A stretch of 64,000 nt of DNA from Candidatus Latescibacterota bacterium (GTDB taxonomy: Bacteria > Latescibacterota > UBA2968 > GCA-2709665). Positions within the stretch are counted from its first letter, which is position 1, and each line of letters opens with the position of its first letter. Below the pieces are notes generated by a model. That model had not been told where the DNA came from, made no database searches, and saw nothing but the letters and a program-made list of their open reading frames with translations. Below are positions 48,833 to 60,022 of this stretch, piece after piece. Both the position numbers and the translations under genes were made by a program. The stretch is from the NCBI GenBank assembly GCA_965116875.1, contig OZ220733.1, positions 4,800,001-4,864,000 of the forward strand, read 5' to 3'.

Positions 48833-50587
48833 TCAAAATGCCTGACCCAGGCTGAAATGGATCTGACGGCCGGGCTGCGAGGGATCGTCGGAGAGACGGA
48901 ACGCGACGTCGAGACGGGCAGGGCAGATTGGATTCAGATAACGCAATCCGCCGCCCGCCGCCACACGTAAACGGCCTGGATCGAAGGCTCCAAACCTGTC
49001 GGTCATCACGTTGCCGACATCCGCGAATACGGCCATTCCCAGGCCGGAAAACAAACGGGTACGAACTTCGACGCTTCCTTCCAGATGGCTCAGGCCACCC
49101 ACCGGCAGGTCGGACGGATCACGCGGCCCAAGCCGGTTCAGCTTCCATCCACGTACACTGCTGGCGCCGCCCGCAAAGAATCGTTCAAAATTGGGGATAG
49201 ATTCCACGTGCCTGCGACTTAGAATCAACCCTCCCGATACCTTGAGGGCAAACACGCTCCTCCAGAGTACCTTTCTGTACCAGCGGCACTCCCCCGACAC
49301 TTTGAAAAAGTCTCTGTACCCCGACGCCTTTACCGCGAGTTCAGCCAACATGCCCCGGGTCGGATCGAAAAAATCGTCCCGTCTATCCTCCAAGTACTCT
49401 ACCGAAAGCGTTGTACGGGTGCTGTCCGGATCGAAATCAACAACCTCGGTCCTCACCTGAAAGACGACGCGCCCGGTCGCCCGGAAAGTACGTTCCAGCG
49501 CCGCGCTTGCCCCTGCCCGCTTCACACGGATCTCCTCGGGGCGTTCCTGCTCCACGAATCCCGCCATCTCCAGCCACGTCCTGCTTCCGAATATATATGG
49601 CTGCCTGACCGTAATTCTCGCTCGCGCCTCCAGCGCCGACGCCGAAGATTCGGCCGTCAACTGGCGTGCGCCGCCGCCCAGAAAACTCCGGTGCCGCCAT
49701 GCCAGCAATCCCCGCAACTGCTCTTCGGTATCGAATCCGGCGCCCAGTTTCAGACTCCGGGCCGGTCGTTCCCGCACCAGAACGGACACATCCACGGGAC
49801 TCGAACGGGCGACCGTGTCCGGTATGCCCAGCGATACCGACCGGAACGCCTCCGAACGATACAGTTGAAGCCGGCTGTTCGAGAGGTCCTTCCGGCGGTA
49901 GGCGTCTCCTGACCTGAATGTAAGTCCCCTCAGGATCAGATCGTCCGAAACCGTTCGATTCCCTGAGATCCTTATCTTTCCAAAGCGGCATTTCGGCCCC
50001 GGAGTCACACGATACGTCACGTCGGCGCGTCTGTTACGCACGGCCACGTCAGCGGCAACCTCGGCGAAAGCGTGTCCATCGTTCTGAATGATCTCGGCGA
50101 TCTTTTTGAGATCCGACTCCCCGCCCATCCGGGTCAATGGGCTGGCCGGTCTGGTGACCAACGCATCCATCAGACGCGCGCTGTCCCGCCAGGCGTCTGC
50201 CGGCAGGACCTTCAGTCGCACGCTGGAGACGACGACGGGCTCGCCTTCCACGATGCGGAGCCGAATGCGGACGAAACCGGGGCGGTACCGGTCGACGACC
50301 GTGTCCACAACAGCATCGAAATAGCCCTGGTCCTCATAACGCGACCGGATACGCGCGACGTCGGATCGAAACACCGCGGGATCGAACTGCCGGACGTCTA
50401 CGCCCGGAAAAATCTCGTACCAGGGGTTCGCCCTGGTAAACATCAGGAGTTTGAGATCCCCGTCGGAAATCGCACGATTCCCTTCTATCGCTACCGCGTC
50501 GACGATGACGGAATCCGCATCCTGTGCGAAGAGGGCACGGGGAATCACGAAAACAACCGCGGCAACGACGGTTCTGAGGAGAATCAA
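48833..50587 (-). CDS. tamA: TamA/BamA-family Omp85 protein
   Basis: POTRA-like domains; FFAGGASSVRGW; C-terminal HFSLGQAF; start at TTG with GGAG RBS (ORF track 50659). Confidence 0.85.
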   Translation of the reverse strand: MILLRTVVAAVVFVIPRALFAQDADSVIVDAVAIEGNRAISDGDLKLLMFTRANPWYEIFPGVDVRQFDPAVFRSDVARIRSRYEDQGYFDAVVDTVVDRYRPGFVRIRLRIVEGEPVVVSSVRLKVLPADAWRDSARLMDALVTRPASPLTRMGGESDLKKIAEIIQNDGHAFAEVAADVAVRNRRADVTYRVTPGPKCRFGKIRISGNRTVSDDLILRGLTFRSGDAYRRKDLSNSRLQLYRSEAFRSVSLGIPDTVARSSPVDVSVLVRERPARSLKLGAGFDTEEQLRGLLAWRHRSFLGGGARQLTAESSASALEARARITVRQPYIFGSRTWLEMAGFVEQERPEEIRVKRAGASAALERTFRATGRVVFQVRTEVVDFDPDSTRTTLSVEYLEDRRDDFFDPTRGMLAELAVKASGYRDFFKVSGECRWYRKVLWRSVFALKVSGGLILSRRHVESIPNFERFFAGGASSVRGWKLNRLGPRDPSDLPVGGLSHLEGSVEVRTRLFSGLGMAVFADVGNVMTDRFGAFDPGRLRVAAGGGLRYLNPICPARLDVAFRLSDDPSQPGRQIHFSLGQAF

Positions 50588-50819
50588 ATTTCTCCATCCT
50601 GTCTGATGACTCACTGAAACTGAACTGCGGCACGTCGGAAGCCGGCCGTTCGCCGGCACTCCCTATGACGCCCGCCTGTCCTGTCGGTTTCAGTCCGGCG
50701 CCCCGTAGCGGAAGATAGTCCTCCGTACTGCGGGCACAAGGAATTTCTCTCTCGCCATCCATTCATGCCGACCTGTATTCCGCAGCCGAAAGGTCAGAAA
50801 ACCCAAAGGACAGAGCGTG

Positions 50820-50858
50820 AAAAGGCCCCTGTTTCCCGATTGGAAACAGGGGCCTTTT
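50820..50858. terminator. Intrinsic terminator after clpB
   Basis: AAAAGGCCCCTGTTTCC-cgatt-GGAAACAGGGGCCTTTT. Confidence 0.85.
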
Positions 50859-50874
50859 ATCCGCCGAGGGAATC

Positions 50875-53502
50875 CTATCCGCCCGCCACCGCCGCCTGTG
50901 TGGAATTCTCATGTCGCAACGCAAGTTCGCCGTCTTCCAGATCCACGCGAACCCGCGCCCCGTCGACAATATCGCCGCCAATGAGGCCCCGGCCGATTCG
51001 CGTTTCCAGCTCACGCTGCAGGAACCGCTTCAGGGGGCGGGCGCCGTAGACCGGATCGAATCCTTCACGGGCGGCGAATTCCCGCGCGGCATCGGTGATC
51101 TCCAGTTCGATCCGCCGGTCCTGGAGGCGCTCTCGGAGATCCGCGGTCATCAGATCCACGATTTTCGCAATCTCAGCCTGCGTCAAACCCTTGAAAAGGA
51201 CGATATCATCCACGCGATTGAGAAACTCAGGCCGAAAATGCAGCCTCATCTCCGCCATGACCGCCGTGCGGGCTTCGTCGTGGACCTCCCCGCTTTCCGC
51301 GACGCGATCGACGATGTGGGAAGCGCCGATATTGGACGTCATAATGATCACGGCGTTCTTGAAGTCGACGGTTCTCCCCTGGGCGTCAGTCAACCGCCCT
51401 TCGTCGAGGATTTGCAGCAGCACGTTGAACGCGTCGTGGTGGGCCTTTTCAATCTCGTCGAAGAGAATGACCGAGTAGGGTTTCCTGCGCACGGCCTCGG
51501 TCAGCTGTCCCCCGTCCTCGTACCCCACGTACCCCGGAGGCGCGCCCACGAGGCGGGAAACCGAGTGCCGCTCCATGTATTCGCTCATGTCGATGCGCAC
51601 CATATTGTCTTCGGAATCGAATAACGCCTCCGCCAACGCCTTCGCCAACTCGGTCTTGCCGACACCCGTGGGACCCAGGAAGATGAACGAGCCGATCGGC
51701 CGGCGCGGGTCCTTGACCCCCGCCCGCGCCCGGATCACGGCATCGGCCACCAGTGACACGGCTTCGTCCTGACCCACGACGCGCCTGTGCAGGATCTCAT
51801 CCAGCCGGAGGAGCTTTTCCCGCTCGCCTTCTACCAGACGCGTGACGGGGATCCCGGTCCAGCGGGACACGATCTCCGCGATCTCGTCCCCGGTCACCTC
51901 TTCCCGGAGCAGCCGGCCGTCTGCGGACACCCGCGCCTCTTCCGCCTCCAGCGACTGCTCCAGTTCCGGCAGGCGGCCATGACTCAACTCAGCCAACCGG
52001 TTCAGGTCGTATTTCCGTTCCGCGTCTTCGATGTCTCGTCGCACCGCTTCGATCTGTTCGCGAAGGTTGCGAACCGTGTCGATCACCTTCTTTTCGGATT
52101 CCCACTGGGCCCGCATCGCGTCGGCCTGCGACTTCAGATCGGCCAACTCCTTGCGAAGATCTTCCAGTCTCTGCGCGCTGCCCTGATCCGACTCCTTCTT
52201 CAGTGCCGCCTCTTCGATTTCGAGTCTCATCACCCTGCGGGTGACCTCGTCAAGCCCCGCCGGCATGGAATCGATTTCCGTGCGGATCATCGCGCAGGCC
52301 TCGTCGACGAGGTCGATCGCCTTGTCGGGCAGAAACCGGTCCGATACGTACCGGTTGGAGAGCACCGCGGCGCCAACCAGCGCGTTGTCCTGAATACGTA
52401 CCCCGTGGTGCAGTTCGTACCTTTCGCGAAGCCCTCTGAGAATCGAAATGGTATCCTCCACCGACGGCGCATCCACCGTCACGGGTTGAAACCGCCGCTC
52501 CAGTGCGGCGTCCTTCTCGATGTATTTGCGGTATTCGTCCAGTGTTGTCGCCCCGATACAGTGCAGTTCCCCCCGCGCCAGCATCGGTTTGAGCATGTTT
52601 CCCGCGTCCGCGGACCCTTCCGTACGTCCGGCGCCGACGATATTATGGACCTCGTCGATAAACAGCAGAATGCGGCCCTCGCTTTGCGCGATCTCGTTCA
52701 GGACGGCCTTGAGGCGCTCCTCGAACTCGCCTCGAAATTTCGCGCCCGCCAGCAGTGCGCCCATATCCAGCGAAAAAACCGTACGCTCTTTCATCCACTC
52801 GGGCACGTCTCCTTTCACGATCCGCTGGGCGAGTCCTTCCACGACGGCCGTCTTTCCGACGCCGGGCTCCCCGATCAGGACCGGATTGTTCTTGGTCTTG
52901 CGGGACAGGATGCGCACGACCCTTCTGATTTCCGCATCGCGACCGATCACCGGATCCAGTTTGCCGTCGCGGGCCTGCGCGACCAGGTCCACACCGTACT
53001 TTTCCAGTACTTCGCATGCGGGTTCCGGATCGGGACTCGTCACGCGCTGATTGCCCCGTACGCGGGTCAATGCAGCGAGGAAGGCCTCCTTCGTAACACT
53101 GAACTCCTGCAGGATCCGCCCGGCCACGGTATCCGGCCCTTCCTCCAGCAGCGCCAGGCCCAGGTGTTCCACGGATACGTACTCGTCCTGCATCCGCTTC
53201 GCCTCCGCCTCGGCGCCCAGAAGCATCTTCCGGAGGCGCGGCGTCACGAACATCCGGCCGGGCTCGTGGTTGCCTACCGCCTGCCGCGGTCGCCGGTCAA
53301 GTTCGCTTTCCACTTCCGTCTTGAGGGTATCGGCGTCGATATCCATCCGCGCCAGAATACGCGGGACCAGGCCGTCGGACTGCTCCAACAGCGCGAGAAA
53401 CAGGTGTTCCACGTCCACCTCCGGGTGCCCGTACCCCATAGCGCGCGTTTGTGCGTCCCGAAGCGCCTCCTGCGATTTCCGGGTCAGTCTGTCCGTATCC
53501 AT
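50875..53502 (-). CDS. clpB: ATP-dependent chaperone ClpB
   Basis: Two Walker A motifs ([16 protein letters not shown]), middle coiled coil, GYVGY and YGARPL; AAGGAGG RBS before MDTDRLT. Confidence 0.97.
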   Translation of the reverse strand: MDTDRLTRKSQEALRDAQTRAMGYGHPEVDVEHLFLALLEQSDGLVPRILARMDIDADTLKTEVESELDRRPRQAVGNHEPGRMFVTPRLRKMLLGAEAEAKRMQDEYVSVEHLGLALLEEGPDTVAGRILQEFSVTKEAFLAALTRVRGNQRVTSPDPEPACEVLEKYGVDLVAQARDGKLDPVIGRDAEIRRVVRILSRKTKNNPVLIGEPGVGKTAVVEGLAQRIVKGDVPEWMKERTVFSLDMGALLAGAKFRGEFEERLKAVLNEIAQSEGRILLFIDEVHNIVGAGRTEGSADAGNMLKPMLARGELHCIGATTLDEYRKYIEKDAALERRFQPVTVDAPSVEDTISILRGLRERYELHHGVRIQDNALVGAAVLSNRYVSDRFLPDKAIDLVDEACAMIRTEIDSMPAGLDEVTRRVMRLEIEEAALKKESDQGSAQRLEDLRKELADLKSQADAMRAQWESEKKVIDTVRNLREQIEAVRRDIEDAERKYDLNRLAELSHGRLPELEQSLEAEEARVSADGRLLREEVTGDEIAEIVSRWTGIPVTRLVEGEREKLLRLDEILHRRVVGQDEAVSLVADAVIRARAGVKDPRRPIGSFIFLGPTGVGKTELAKALAEALFDSEDNMVRIDMSEYMERHSVSRLVGAPPGYVGYEDGGQLTEAVRRKPYSVILFDEIEKAHHDAFNVLLQILDEGRLTDAQGRTVDFKNAVIIMTSNIGASHIVDRVAESGEVHDEARTAVMAEMRLHFRPEFLNRVDDIVLFKGLTQAEIAKIVDLMTADLRERLQDRRIELEITDAAREFAAREGFDPVYGARPLKRFLQRELETRIGRGLIGGDIVDGARVRVDLEDGELALRHENSTQAAVAGG

Positions 53503-53514
53503 TTGGGCCTCCTT

Positions 53515-53618
53515 GGAAGCTGTCCTGAGATTCCCGGCGGTCTTCGCACCTGCCTGCGCAGCGTATTGCGCTGCAGTCAGGCCCGTCGGGAACTCACCGG
53601 TCATGTGAAACCAGCTTC
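53515..53618. mobile_element. MITE-like element, family 1, copy 3 (internally shortened)
   Basis: GGAAGCTG ... CAGCTTCC ends with GCGGTCTTCGC and GGGAACTCACCGG blocks. Confidence 0.65.
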
Positions 53619-53928
53619 CTGCTTGTTCACAATGATTCCGCATCCGGATTCACCGTACCGGGTCAGGCTCTATACTCATGCTTCCCCGGATTCCACAAGG
53701 CTCCACCGGCCAGTGGATTGCCATGAATCGTACGGATGCCGCGTGAGTCTGGTTTGCTGTCACCCCGGATACCTTGCAATGATCGTGCCAGAATGATGTA
53801 CAAGACAGAGATCAGGACAGAAACCCGAATCGGGCGAGAGAGAGCCTCATTCGTCGAACGCACGACGTCACGCCATCTGGAATCGTCTCTCGGTGCTGCG
53901 GCTTTTGCGGAATTGAGGTGAATTGGGC

Positions 53929-54147
53929 GGTTCGACACGCTCAGGGCAACCCACATAAACCTGCGCCTGCAAACTGAGCCGCTCCCTGAGCTTGCGATCC
54001 CTGAGCCTGTCGAAGGGTCGAAGGGTCGGCGAATGACGAAGAAGAACGCAGACGGGTTACGAAACACGGGCATTTCGACATTTCGACACCCTTCGACAGG
54101 CTCAGGGACCGAGCTCAATGCAGGCATGCTTGCTTCGACAGGCTCCA
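53929..54147. repeat. CCCTTCGACAGGCTCAGG-type REP cluster
   Basis: Several direct and inverted copies (TCCCTGAGCCTGTCGAAGGG / CCCTTCGACAGGCTCAGGGA); related motifs at 29606-29650. Confidence 0.75.
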
Positions 54148-54329
54148 CACAAGCAATAACCACGTATCGAAATGCTCAGCGTAAACAGCGCAGCGGGATT
54201 GGATGGATCGGCGGAATCGCGGCGGCATCTTTACCGTCCAGAGCACTTGACGTTGAATTTATCTCGATCATCACGTATCTTTCGAATCGTTCATACCCCC
54301 AACTTCCATTCCGTCCGGAGGATCGCCGG

Positions 54330-55163
54330 ATGAAATCCGACACAGAGGCCCTTTCGGTATTCGCACCCGATCTCTTCGCCGGGAAAACCGCTCTCGTTAC
54401 CGGCGGCGGGCGGGGAATCGGCAAGCGGACCGCCCTCGCGTTTGCGCGGCTGGGCGCTCAGGTTGTGATCGCCGGCCGCCACGCCGAAACGCTCACTTCT
54501 GCGGGCGAGGAAATCGTGTGCGTCGGCGCGCGATGCCTCGCCCTGCCCGTCAATATCCGCGAAGTCGAACAGGTTGATCATCTCCTCTCAACGGCGCTTC
54601 GCGAATTCGGCGCAATCGACTACCTGGTCAACAACGCGGGCGGCCAGTTTCCGGCGCGTCCGCCGGACATCACCGACGGGGGCTGGCGGGCCGTTGTCGA
54701 TCTCAACCTGAACGGCACCTGGAACATGTGCAGCCGCTTCGGACCCCATATGGCCGCGAATGGTTATGGATCCATCGTCAACATCGTACACGTCTATGCG
54801 CTTGAACGGGGAGCGCCGCCGTTTGCCCACTCCGGGGCCGCCCGGGCAGGCGTGGTCAACCTGACCAAGACCCTGGGATTCCACTATGCCCGCAAGAACG
54901 TCCGTGTCAATGCCGTCGCTCCCGGATTCGTGGACACCTCGGGCCTCCGGGAACATGAATTCGGGCCGCTTCAGAGAGAAAACTTCGAATCGCAGGCGCT
55001 TTGCGACGTTCCCGCCGGCCGGTTCGCGGACCCGGACGAGGTTGCCGCGATCACGCTGTTCCTCTGTTCTCCCGCCGCGGCCTACATTACAGGGACGACG
55101 ATTGTCGCCGACGGCGCACTGTCACTGGGCAACTGGACGCCGTGGATGGATCCCGAATCGTAG
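54330..55163 (+). CDS. SDR oxidoreductase (dienoyl/enoyl-CoA reductase-like)
   Basis: TGGGRGIG, NNAGGQF, HSGAARAG and NAVAPG motifs; GGAGG RBS. Confidence 0.9.
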   Translation: MKSDTEALSVFAPDLFAGKTALVTGGGRGIGKRTALAFARLGAQVVIAGRHAETLTSAGEEIVCVGARCLALPVNIREVEQVDHLLSTALREFGAIDYLVNNAGGQFPARPPDITDGGWRAVVDLNLNGTWNMCSRFGPHMAANGYGSIVNIVHVYALERGAPPFAHSGAARAGVVNLTKTLGFHYARKNVRVNAVAPGFVDTSGLREHEFGPLQRENFESQALCDVPAGRFADPDEVAAITLFLCSPAAAYITGTTIVADGALSLGNWTPWMDPES

Positions 55164-55165
55164 CA

Positions 55166-55205
55166 AAAAAATACAGAGAGGCCGGGGGTTTCCCGGTCTC
55201 TCTGT
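55166..55205. terminator. Terminator hairpin between convergent genes
   Basis: AAAAAAT-ACAGAGAGGCCGGG..CCCGGTCTCTCTGT. Confidence 0.7.
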
Positions 55206-55354
55206 CTGTGTGGTCTCCACGGTTTGTCTGTTCGAATTCGAGGCAGACAACCATATGCCGTTTTGGCACATTCTCGGTGTCAGTTCGGCATAATATGCCA
55301 AAATGGCGTATTATGCCTTGATGCGCGGATGCCGGCTTCGGCGTCGTACCCGGG

Positions 55355-56161
55355 TCAATATCCGATTCGCCGCAAAAACGCGTATGTCCCGGCGCTTCGC
55401 CTGGCTTCGCTGACGGGGTCGTCGGCGCCCGGTACCGGGTTTCCCGGACAGCTGGTTACCCAACGCGAAAAACCGATCTCCACCAGCGCGTTTCGAATCG
55501 AGACGAAATCCAGGTCCACACCCTCCCCCACGTCGCACCAGACCGGATCGTATCGACCTCTTTCATCCCGTGAGCACGACGTGTAATCCTGAAGGTGCAT
55601 GTAATTCAGTCTGGGACTGAAGTCGCGTATCGAATCTGCCGGATCGTAGCCCCAGAGCCTGGCGTGGGACACGTCGATACAGAGCTTTGCCTTGCGCAGC
55701 CGACCGGCGTAGAACTTCCAGTCGGCCGCTGAGTCCACGAGCGTATTGGTATGGATGTGATAGCTGATCTCCAGGCCCAGCGTTTCCGCGTATTCCGCCC
55801 ACGCTTCCGCGCCCTCGGCGGCGGCGGCCAGGTCATCCTCGTTCACGGGGCGGCCCGCCGGTTTTCCGCCGCTCATGAACATAAAGCAGTCGGCGCCCAC
55901 CTCGGCGGCGTAATCCATCCGGCGCCGGTTGCGTTCCACGTGCGCCCAGTCCCGAATATCCGGCGAACCACTGGCGGTATAGACGGCCATCGGCAATCCG
56001 GCGTTCCCGCACATCCGCCGCAAACGGGAAGGCGGCCCCAGCCAGTCCGCGGACATCCTTCCTTCCCAGCCGTCCCATCCGGCCCTGGCCAACTCCTCCA
56101 GCGCCCGTTCCAGATCCGGCTCCTGCCATCGGAGCGTGCTGTATCCCAGCCTGAATTCCAT
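55355..56161 (-). CDS. Sugar-phosphate isomerase/epimerase (IolE-like TIM barrel)
   Basis: YHIH, IDVSH, YMHLQD and VGEG motifs; GGAGG RBS. Confidence 0.85.
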   Translation of the reverse strand: MEFRLGYSTLRWQEPDLERALEELARAGWDGWEGRMSADWLGPPSRLRRMCGNAGLPMAVYTASGSPDIRDWAHVERNRRRMDYAAEVGADCFMFMSGGKPAGRPVNEDDLAAAAEGAEAWAEYAETLGLEISYHIHTNTLVDSAADWKFYAGRLRKAKLCIDVSHARLWGYDPADSIRDFSPRLNYMHLQDYTSCSRDERGRYDPVWCDVGEGVDLDFVSIRNALVEIGFSRWVTSCPGNPVPGADDPVSEARRSAGTYAFLRRIGY

Positions 56162-56201
56162 GGTTCCTCCCGTCTGCGCATAGCGCGAAGGCAGCGGGTA
56201 C

Positions 56202-58694
56202 CTAGCGTCCCCGCCGACCCAACTCCTCCTGTGCGCGGCGAAACAGAGCGATCAGACGCGTGCGCGTATTCTCGTCCCTGAATACGCCGATCTTCTCCGC
56301 CCACGCGACGCCGCCCTCCAGATGGGTCAACAGATATTCTCCGTCGGCGGATTCGAACGCGCATCGTCTGCCCACGTCGATGTAGACCGGCGATGAGTGG
56401 GCCATTACGGGACCGGCGTCCGTGGCGTATTCGCCCCAGCAGCGGGCAGCCACCCAGCATGACTTTTCAACTTTCAACGCCTGCTTCAGTGTGACCGCCC
56501 TGCGGTCCCCTGCCGCCTGCTGTCTGGCGGCGCGTTTCCCGTTCACGATCAGTTCCACGGCGGTCAACGGCCACACGCTTTCGGCAGCAGCGACCACTTC
56601 CACTGTCCCTCCGTTTCCCTTCAGTGCGATCTCCCCTCCCATCGGCGTTCCGTCGACGCACAGATCGATCATTGCCCCGGTACTGGCGAACGTCGTGCCG
56701 CGTTTTACAGCTTTACACCAATTTTCAAATGTAAACGCTTCTCCGCGTGCGAGTTTAGCATAGGTGCGCGAACCCCCCAGAATGCGCTCGTTCGACATTT
56801 TGTCCGTTCCGCCGACGATCGGGAGTTTCTGCCCCGAATTCAACCATCGATAGTACCCCCGCTCTCCGGCGCCGATCCGCTCGCCCTGCCAGATCCAGCA
56901 CATCTCCGCGGCGTCGGCCTGGCCCAGCAGGATATTGGCGGCATTCTCGAAATCGGGCGTGGGCATATGCGGCATGATCACCAGGCCCCCCTGCTTCCGG
57001 CACGCTTCGGCCCAATCCGCCATCAGAACCTGGATCTCGCCGCCGATCCAATCCTCCTGCGGCCCGCCGGTACACATCGGCGCCACCATTTCTTTCAGCC
57101 CCAGCAGGCTGATGTGCCCCAGCACGTGCTGCCGGTTTTCCTGGCTCACCCAGATCTTGTGGAACTCGCTGCTCGTTGGCGCCAGGCCGCCCGTAAACTC
57201 CTCCCAGCTCGTAAACAGTCGGCCCCACTGACTGGCCAGAAGATTCACGACGTTGAGATCTTCCCCTGCGGCTTCGAGATGGGAGGACTGCGACGACAGG
57301 AAGTGCACATGGGTGTCGCCGGAATAGAATCCCCGGTCTTTCATGTCAAATGCGCGTTCAATATCCAGAGCGAGATCCCGCTGACCCGGCTTGATCTCAA
57401 TCAGACTCCGCACGGGCACATACTCGAATCCTCGCGCCACCTCCACGTAAACCGGTCCTACGGGAAGTTCCACCTGGCAGGTTCCGTCGATATACGCGTA
57501 CGGGGTGCCGCGCACCTTGCAGTCGCCGCCCATGTCCTCGAACCACGCTGTATTCACGTCGGCCTGGTGGCCGTGGGGCGCGAAGTAGGCCCCGTGTGGA
57601 GACCGGAAGTGAATCCGGCATCCGACCGGACGGCCGATGGCGGCGTCGTTCACACTGACGTGTACCCACTGCCGGCCCGCGGGCGCAACGAGGTCCACAC
57701 GCGTCGCACCGCTCGTTACGGTCTTCTTGTCCAGAACGTCTCCCCATCGGAACGCCTCGCTGGAATCTCCGCACCGGATGCTCAGCCGCCCTTCCCGCGA
57801 GCCATGGACCTCGAGATAACGACCCTCCTGAAACGCCTGCCCTCCCGACCCCCACCCCGCCTCATCTGTTTCGAGGAAATCCGCGCCGGGCACGTAGAGC
57901 CGGTCCTGTCGTGCGATCACGCCTCGATCCATATCGGCCGCGATCTCCTCCCCGCCTCCGGTCGATACCGCCACCTCGCTGCGCGGATGCCAGGCCAGCG
58001 GATCCCGTTCCTCCTGGCAGAGCGTGATGCCGCCCAGGGCGACTGCAGCCCCTCCGGACGCCGACACCTCAATTCTCGTTATGGTCTTCCCCGGATGCGG
58101 ATTGACCCAGTCGTACAGCCACCAGCCCGACAGATCGCTGCTTTCCGACCTTACGCCCACCTGTGCCGCGCCGTACGGCATGCTCCGGTCGTCCAGCCCC
58201 ACCGGGAGAAACTCACGGCAATTCCGGCAGAGAAAGGGATGGTGTCCCCACGGCACGAACAGGTCGTGAATCTCGAAACGCCGTCTCAGATCCTGTCCGA
58301 CGCCGGTACCTGAATCGTAGCCGATCCGGTACCTTCCCACAACTTCCCCCGTCCCTTCAAGACTCGCGTCGGCGCCGCGGACCGGCGTACAGACGTGAGC
58401 GAACAACACCCGGCGCGCCTTCCGGCCGACGTCTATGGTCACAGACCCGGCGCCATTCCAGTCTGCCCGACCTGAAACCACGATGAAGGCCGGCTGGGGG
58501 GAACGCTCCTCACGGTCGGCGAGGGCGAACGGGACCCCCCAGAACCGGCAGTTTCCCTCCGGCAGCCGGTGCAGCCCGCTCAATGCCGTCGATCCGTGCG
58601 CGGACGGCCACAGGTACCCGTCCGCGGTCTCGATATTCTCCGTCCCGCAATTGTACCAGGGGCTCAGATCCAGCGGATGAAAAATGTCTGACAT
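56202..58694 (-). CDS. CehA/McbA-family metallohydrolase, paralog 1
   Basis: RGFEY, SGDTHVH, GHISLLG, GGTDK, RTYA and AHSSPVY motifs (PHP-like core) plus N-terminal beta domains. Confidence 0.8.
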   Translation of the reverse strand: MSDIFHPLDLSPWYNCGTENIETADGYLWPSAHGSTALSGLHRLPEGNCRFWGVPFALADREERSPQPAFIVVSGRADWNGAGSVTIDVGRKARRVLFAHVCTPVRGADASLEGTGEVVGRYRIGYDSGTGVGQDLRRRFEIHDLFVPWGHHPFLCRNCREFLPVGLDDRSMPYGAAQVGVRSESSDLSGWWLYDWVNPHPGKTITRIEVSASGGAAVALGGITLCQEERDPLAWHPRSEVAVSTGGGEEIAADMDRGVIARQDRLYVPGADFLETDEAGWGSGGQAFQEGRYLEVHGSREGRLSIRCGDSSEAFRWGDVLDKKTVTSGATRVDLVAPAGRQWVHVSVNDAAIGRPVGCRIHFRSPHGAYFAPHGHQADVNTAWFEDMGGDCKVRGTPYAYIDGTCQVELPVGPVYVEVARGFEYVPVRSLIEIKPGQRDLALDIERAFDMKDRGFYSGDTHVHFLSSQSSHLEAAGEDLNVVNLLASQWGRLFTSWEEFTGGLAPTSSEFHKIWVSQENRQHVLGHISLLGLKEMVAPMCTGGPQEDWIGGEIQVLMADWAEACRKQGGLVIMPHMPTPDFENAANILLGQADAAEMCWIWQGERIGAGERGYYRWLNSGQKLPIVGGTDKMSNERILGGSRTYAKLARGEAFTFENWCKAVKRGTTFASTGAMIDLCVDGTPMGGEIALKGNGGTVEVVAAAESVWPLTAVELIVNGKRAARQQAAGDRRAVTLKQALKVEKSCWVAARCWGEYATDAGPVMAHSSPVYIDVGRRCAFESADGEYLLTHLEGGVAWAEKIGVFRDENTRTRLIALFRRAQEELGRRGR

Positions 58695-58853
58695 AGGCTA
58701 CACGCTCCAATCTTGTGGGGTCATTCCAAAATCAATTGACGCCCGGCAGCTTTCTCCGTACTCTCACACGACCGTTGAATCGCGTCCACGACCCGCACCG
58801 CCGATCCGCTGATGTCCGGAGCCGGTGTGCTGCATTGGCCAGGAGCAAAACCG

Positions 58854-59594
58854 ATGGTTATCGACAGCCACGTTCATCTGCGGCACGGCAACGCGGAGCG
58901 TACGGAATACACCGCTCGCCAGATCGTTGACTCCATGGATGGCGCGGGTGTGGCCAGGTCCGTCGTCTTCGCCATCTGCACCACCGCGTTCGACGCCATC
59001 TCGCGTGCCCGGACCGCGCACGAGTTGTATCCGGACCGCCTGATCCCCTACGCGTACGCGCTGCCCAACGCGGAACGGTCCATCATCGGATGCATCGAGG
59101 AAGCCATCACCGTCATGGACTTCAAGGGCATCAAGATACACGCCGGGGAATGCACCCTGGCCGAATACGTGACGGACCCCGTACTTGAACTGGCCGGCAG
59201 ACATGGCGTACCCTGTCTCATCGACTTCATCGGCCGTCTCGACGACCTTGAACGCATGGCCCGCGCCTTTCCCGACACCCCGATCATCGTCGCCCACATG
59301 GGCCGGTACCTCTGTACGGACCGTGGACTCATCGATCGATTTCTGGGAATCGCCGAGGCGTACGGGAACGTCCATATGGACATCAGCGGCGTCGTATTGA
59401 TCTGGAAGATCCGCGAGGCCGTGGAGCGCCTGGGGCCGGAACGCATCATCTGGGGTACCGACGGGCCCTATCCCACGCCCGACCTGGCAACGTACATTAC
59501 GACCGATCTCGCAAAGGTCCGCGCCTCCGGACTCCCGGAATCCGATCTTTCCGCCATTCTCGGTGGAAACATCGCACGGCTGCTGGCGCTCTGA
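58854..59594 (+). CDS. Amidohydrolase-family metalloenzyme
   Basis: IDSHVH, GIKIH, AHMG, WGTDGP and GGNIAR motifs; AGGAG RBS. Confidence 0.9.
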   Translation: MVIDSHVHLRHGNAERTEYTARQIVDSMDGAGVARSVVFAICTTAFDAISRARTAHELYPDRLIPYAYALPNAERSIIGCIEEAITVMDFKGIKIHAGECTLAEYVTDPVLELAGRHGVPCLIDFIGRLDDLERMARAFPDTPIIVAHMGRYLCTDRGLIDRFLGIAEAYGNVHMDISGVVLIWKIREAVERLGPERIIWGTDGPYPTPDLATYITTDLAKVRASGLPESDLSAILGGNIARLLAL

Positions 59595-59820
59595 CACAAC
59601 GGCCATGTCAATAAAACACGATACAATATCGTTCAATTGAGGTTGATACAGGTATCTCGCGTTGAAAACCGTACTGCGGACGGGAAAAGGGCTGGGGCGC
59701 AGCCGCAGTACCGACGGCGCGACTTCACCCGCGACTCCCGCACACCGAACACGATGACAGGGGACTTCTCAACACTTTTTCTTGACAAAAGTCCGCGTTT
59801 GTATATTTTTCCTCCGCTGC

Positions 59821-60000
59821 AAGGGTAGAGGCGCGGGTTTGCATGAGTAGCCGGCAGTGGACGGCGGACCCACAACTGCCGGACCAAAGGGCAAACCTGC
59901 CGAAGCCCGAGACTCCCGCCGCCGGGATGAACGGGCTGGGCTGCTGGATAAGATCCAGCGGACTGTCACGGGAAACAGCGTCCCGTGGAGCGCTCTCTTG
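59821..60000 (+). ncRNA. Lysine riboswitch (L-box) aptamer
   Basis: AGAGGCGC start, GAGTA/AAAGG internal loop, GCCGAA junction, complementary kissing loops CGGCGG (59862-67) and CCGCCG (59916-21), GGACTGTCAC..GTGGAGCGCT end; upstream of asd; TTGACA at 59782. Confidence 0.92.
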
Positions 60001-60022
60001 CGACGTGGCCCGGATCGGTCGA

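Noticed and set aside
51787-53796. 669-aa ORF antisense to clpB (and similar long antisense ORFs over lysC, feoB, uxaA and the hydrolases)
   Set aside because: Shadow frames expected from GC-rich codon bias opposite well-supported genes; no protein motifs.
53620-53930. CIRCE or HAIR heat-shock operator upstream of clpB
   Set aside because: No TTAGCACTC-N9-GAGTGCTAA or CTTGAGT-N7-ACTCAAG was found by eye.
53503-54329. N-terminal extensions of ClpB and the SDR, and ORF 53663-54163
   Set aside because: They read through MITE/REP sequence; good SD-ATG pairs exist at 53502 and 54330.
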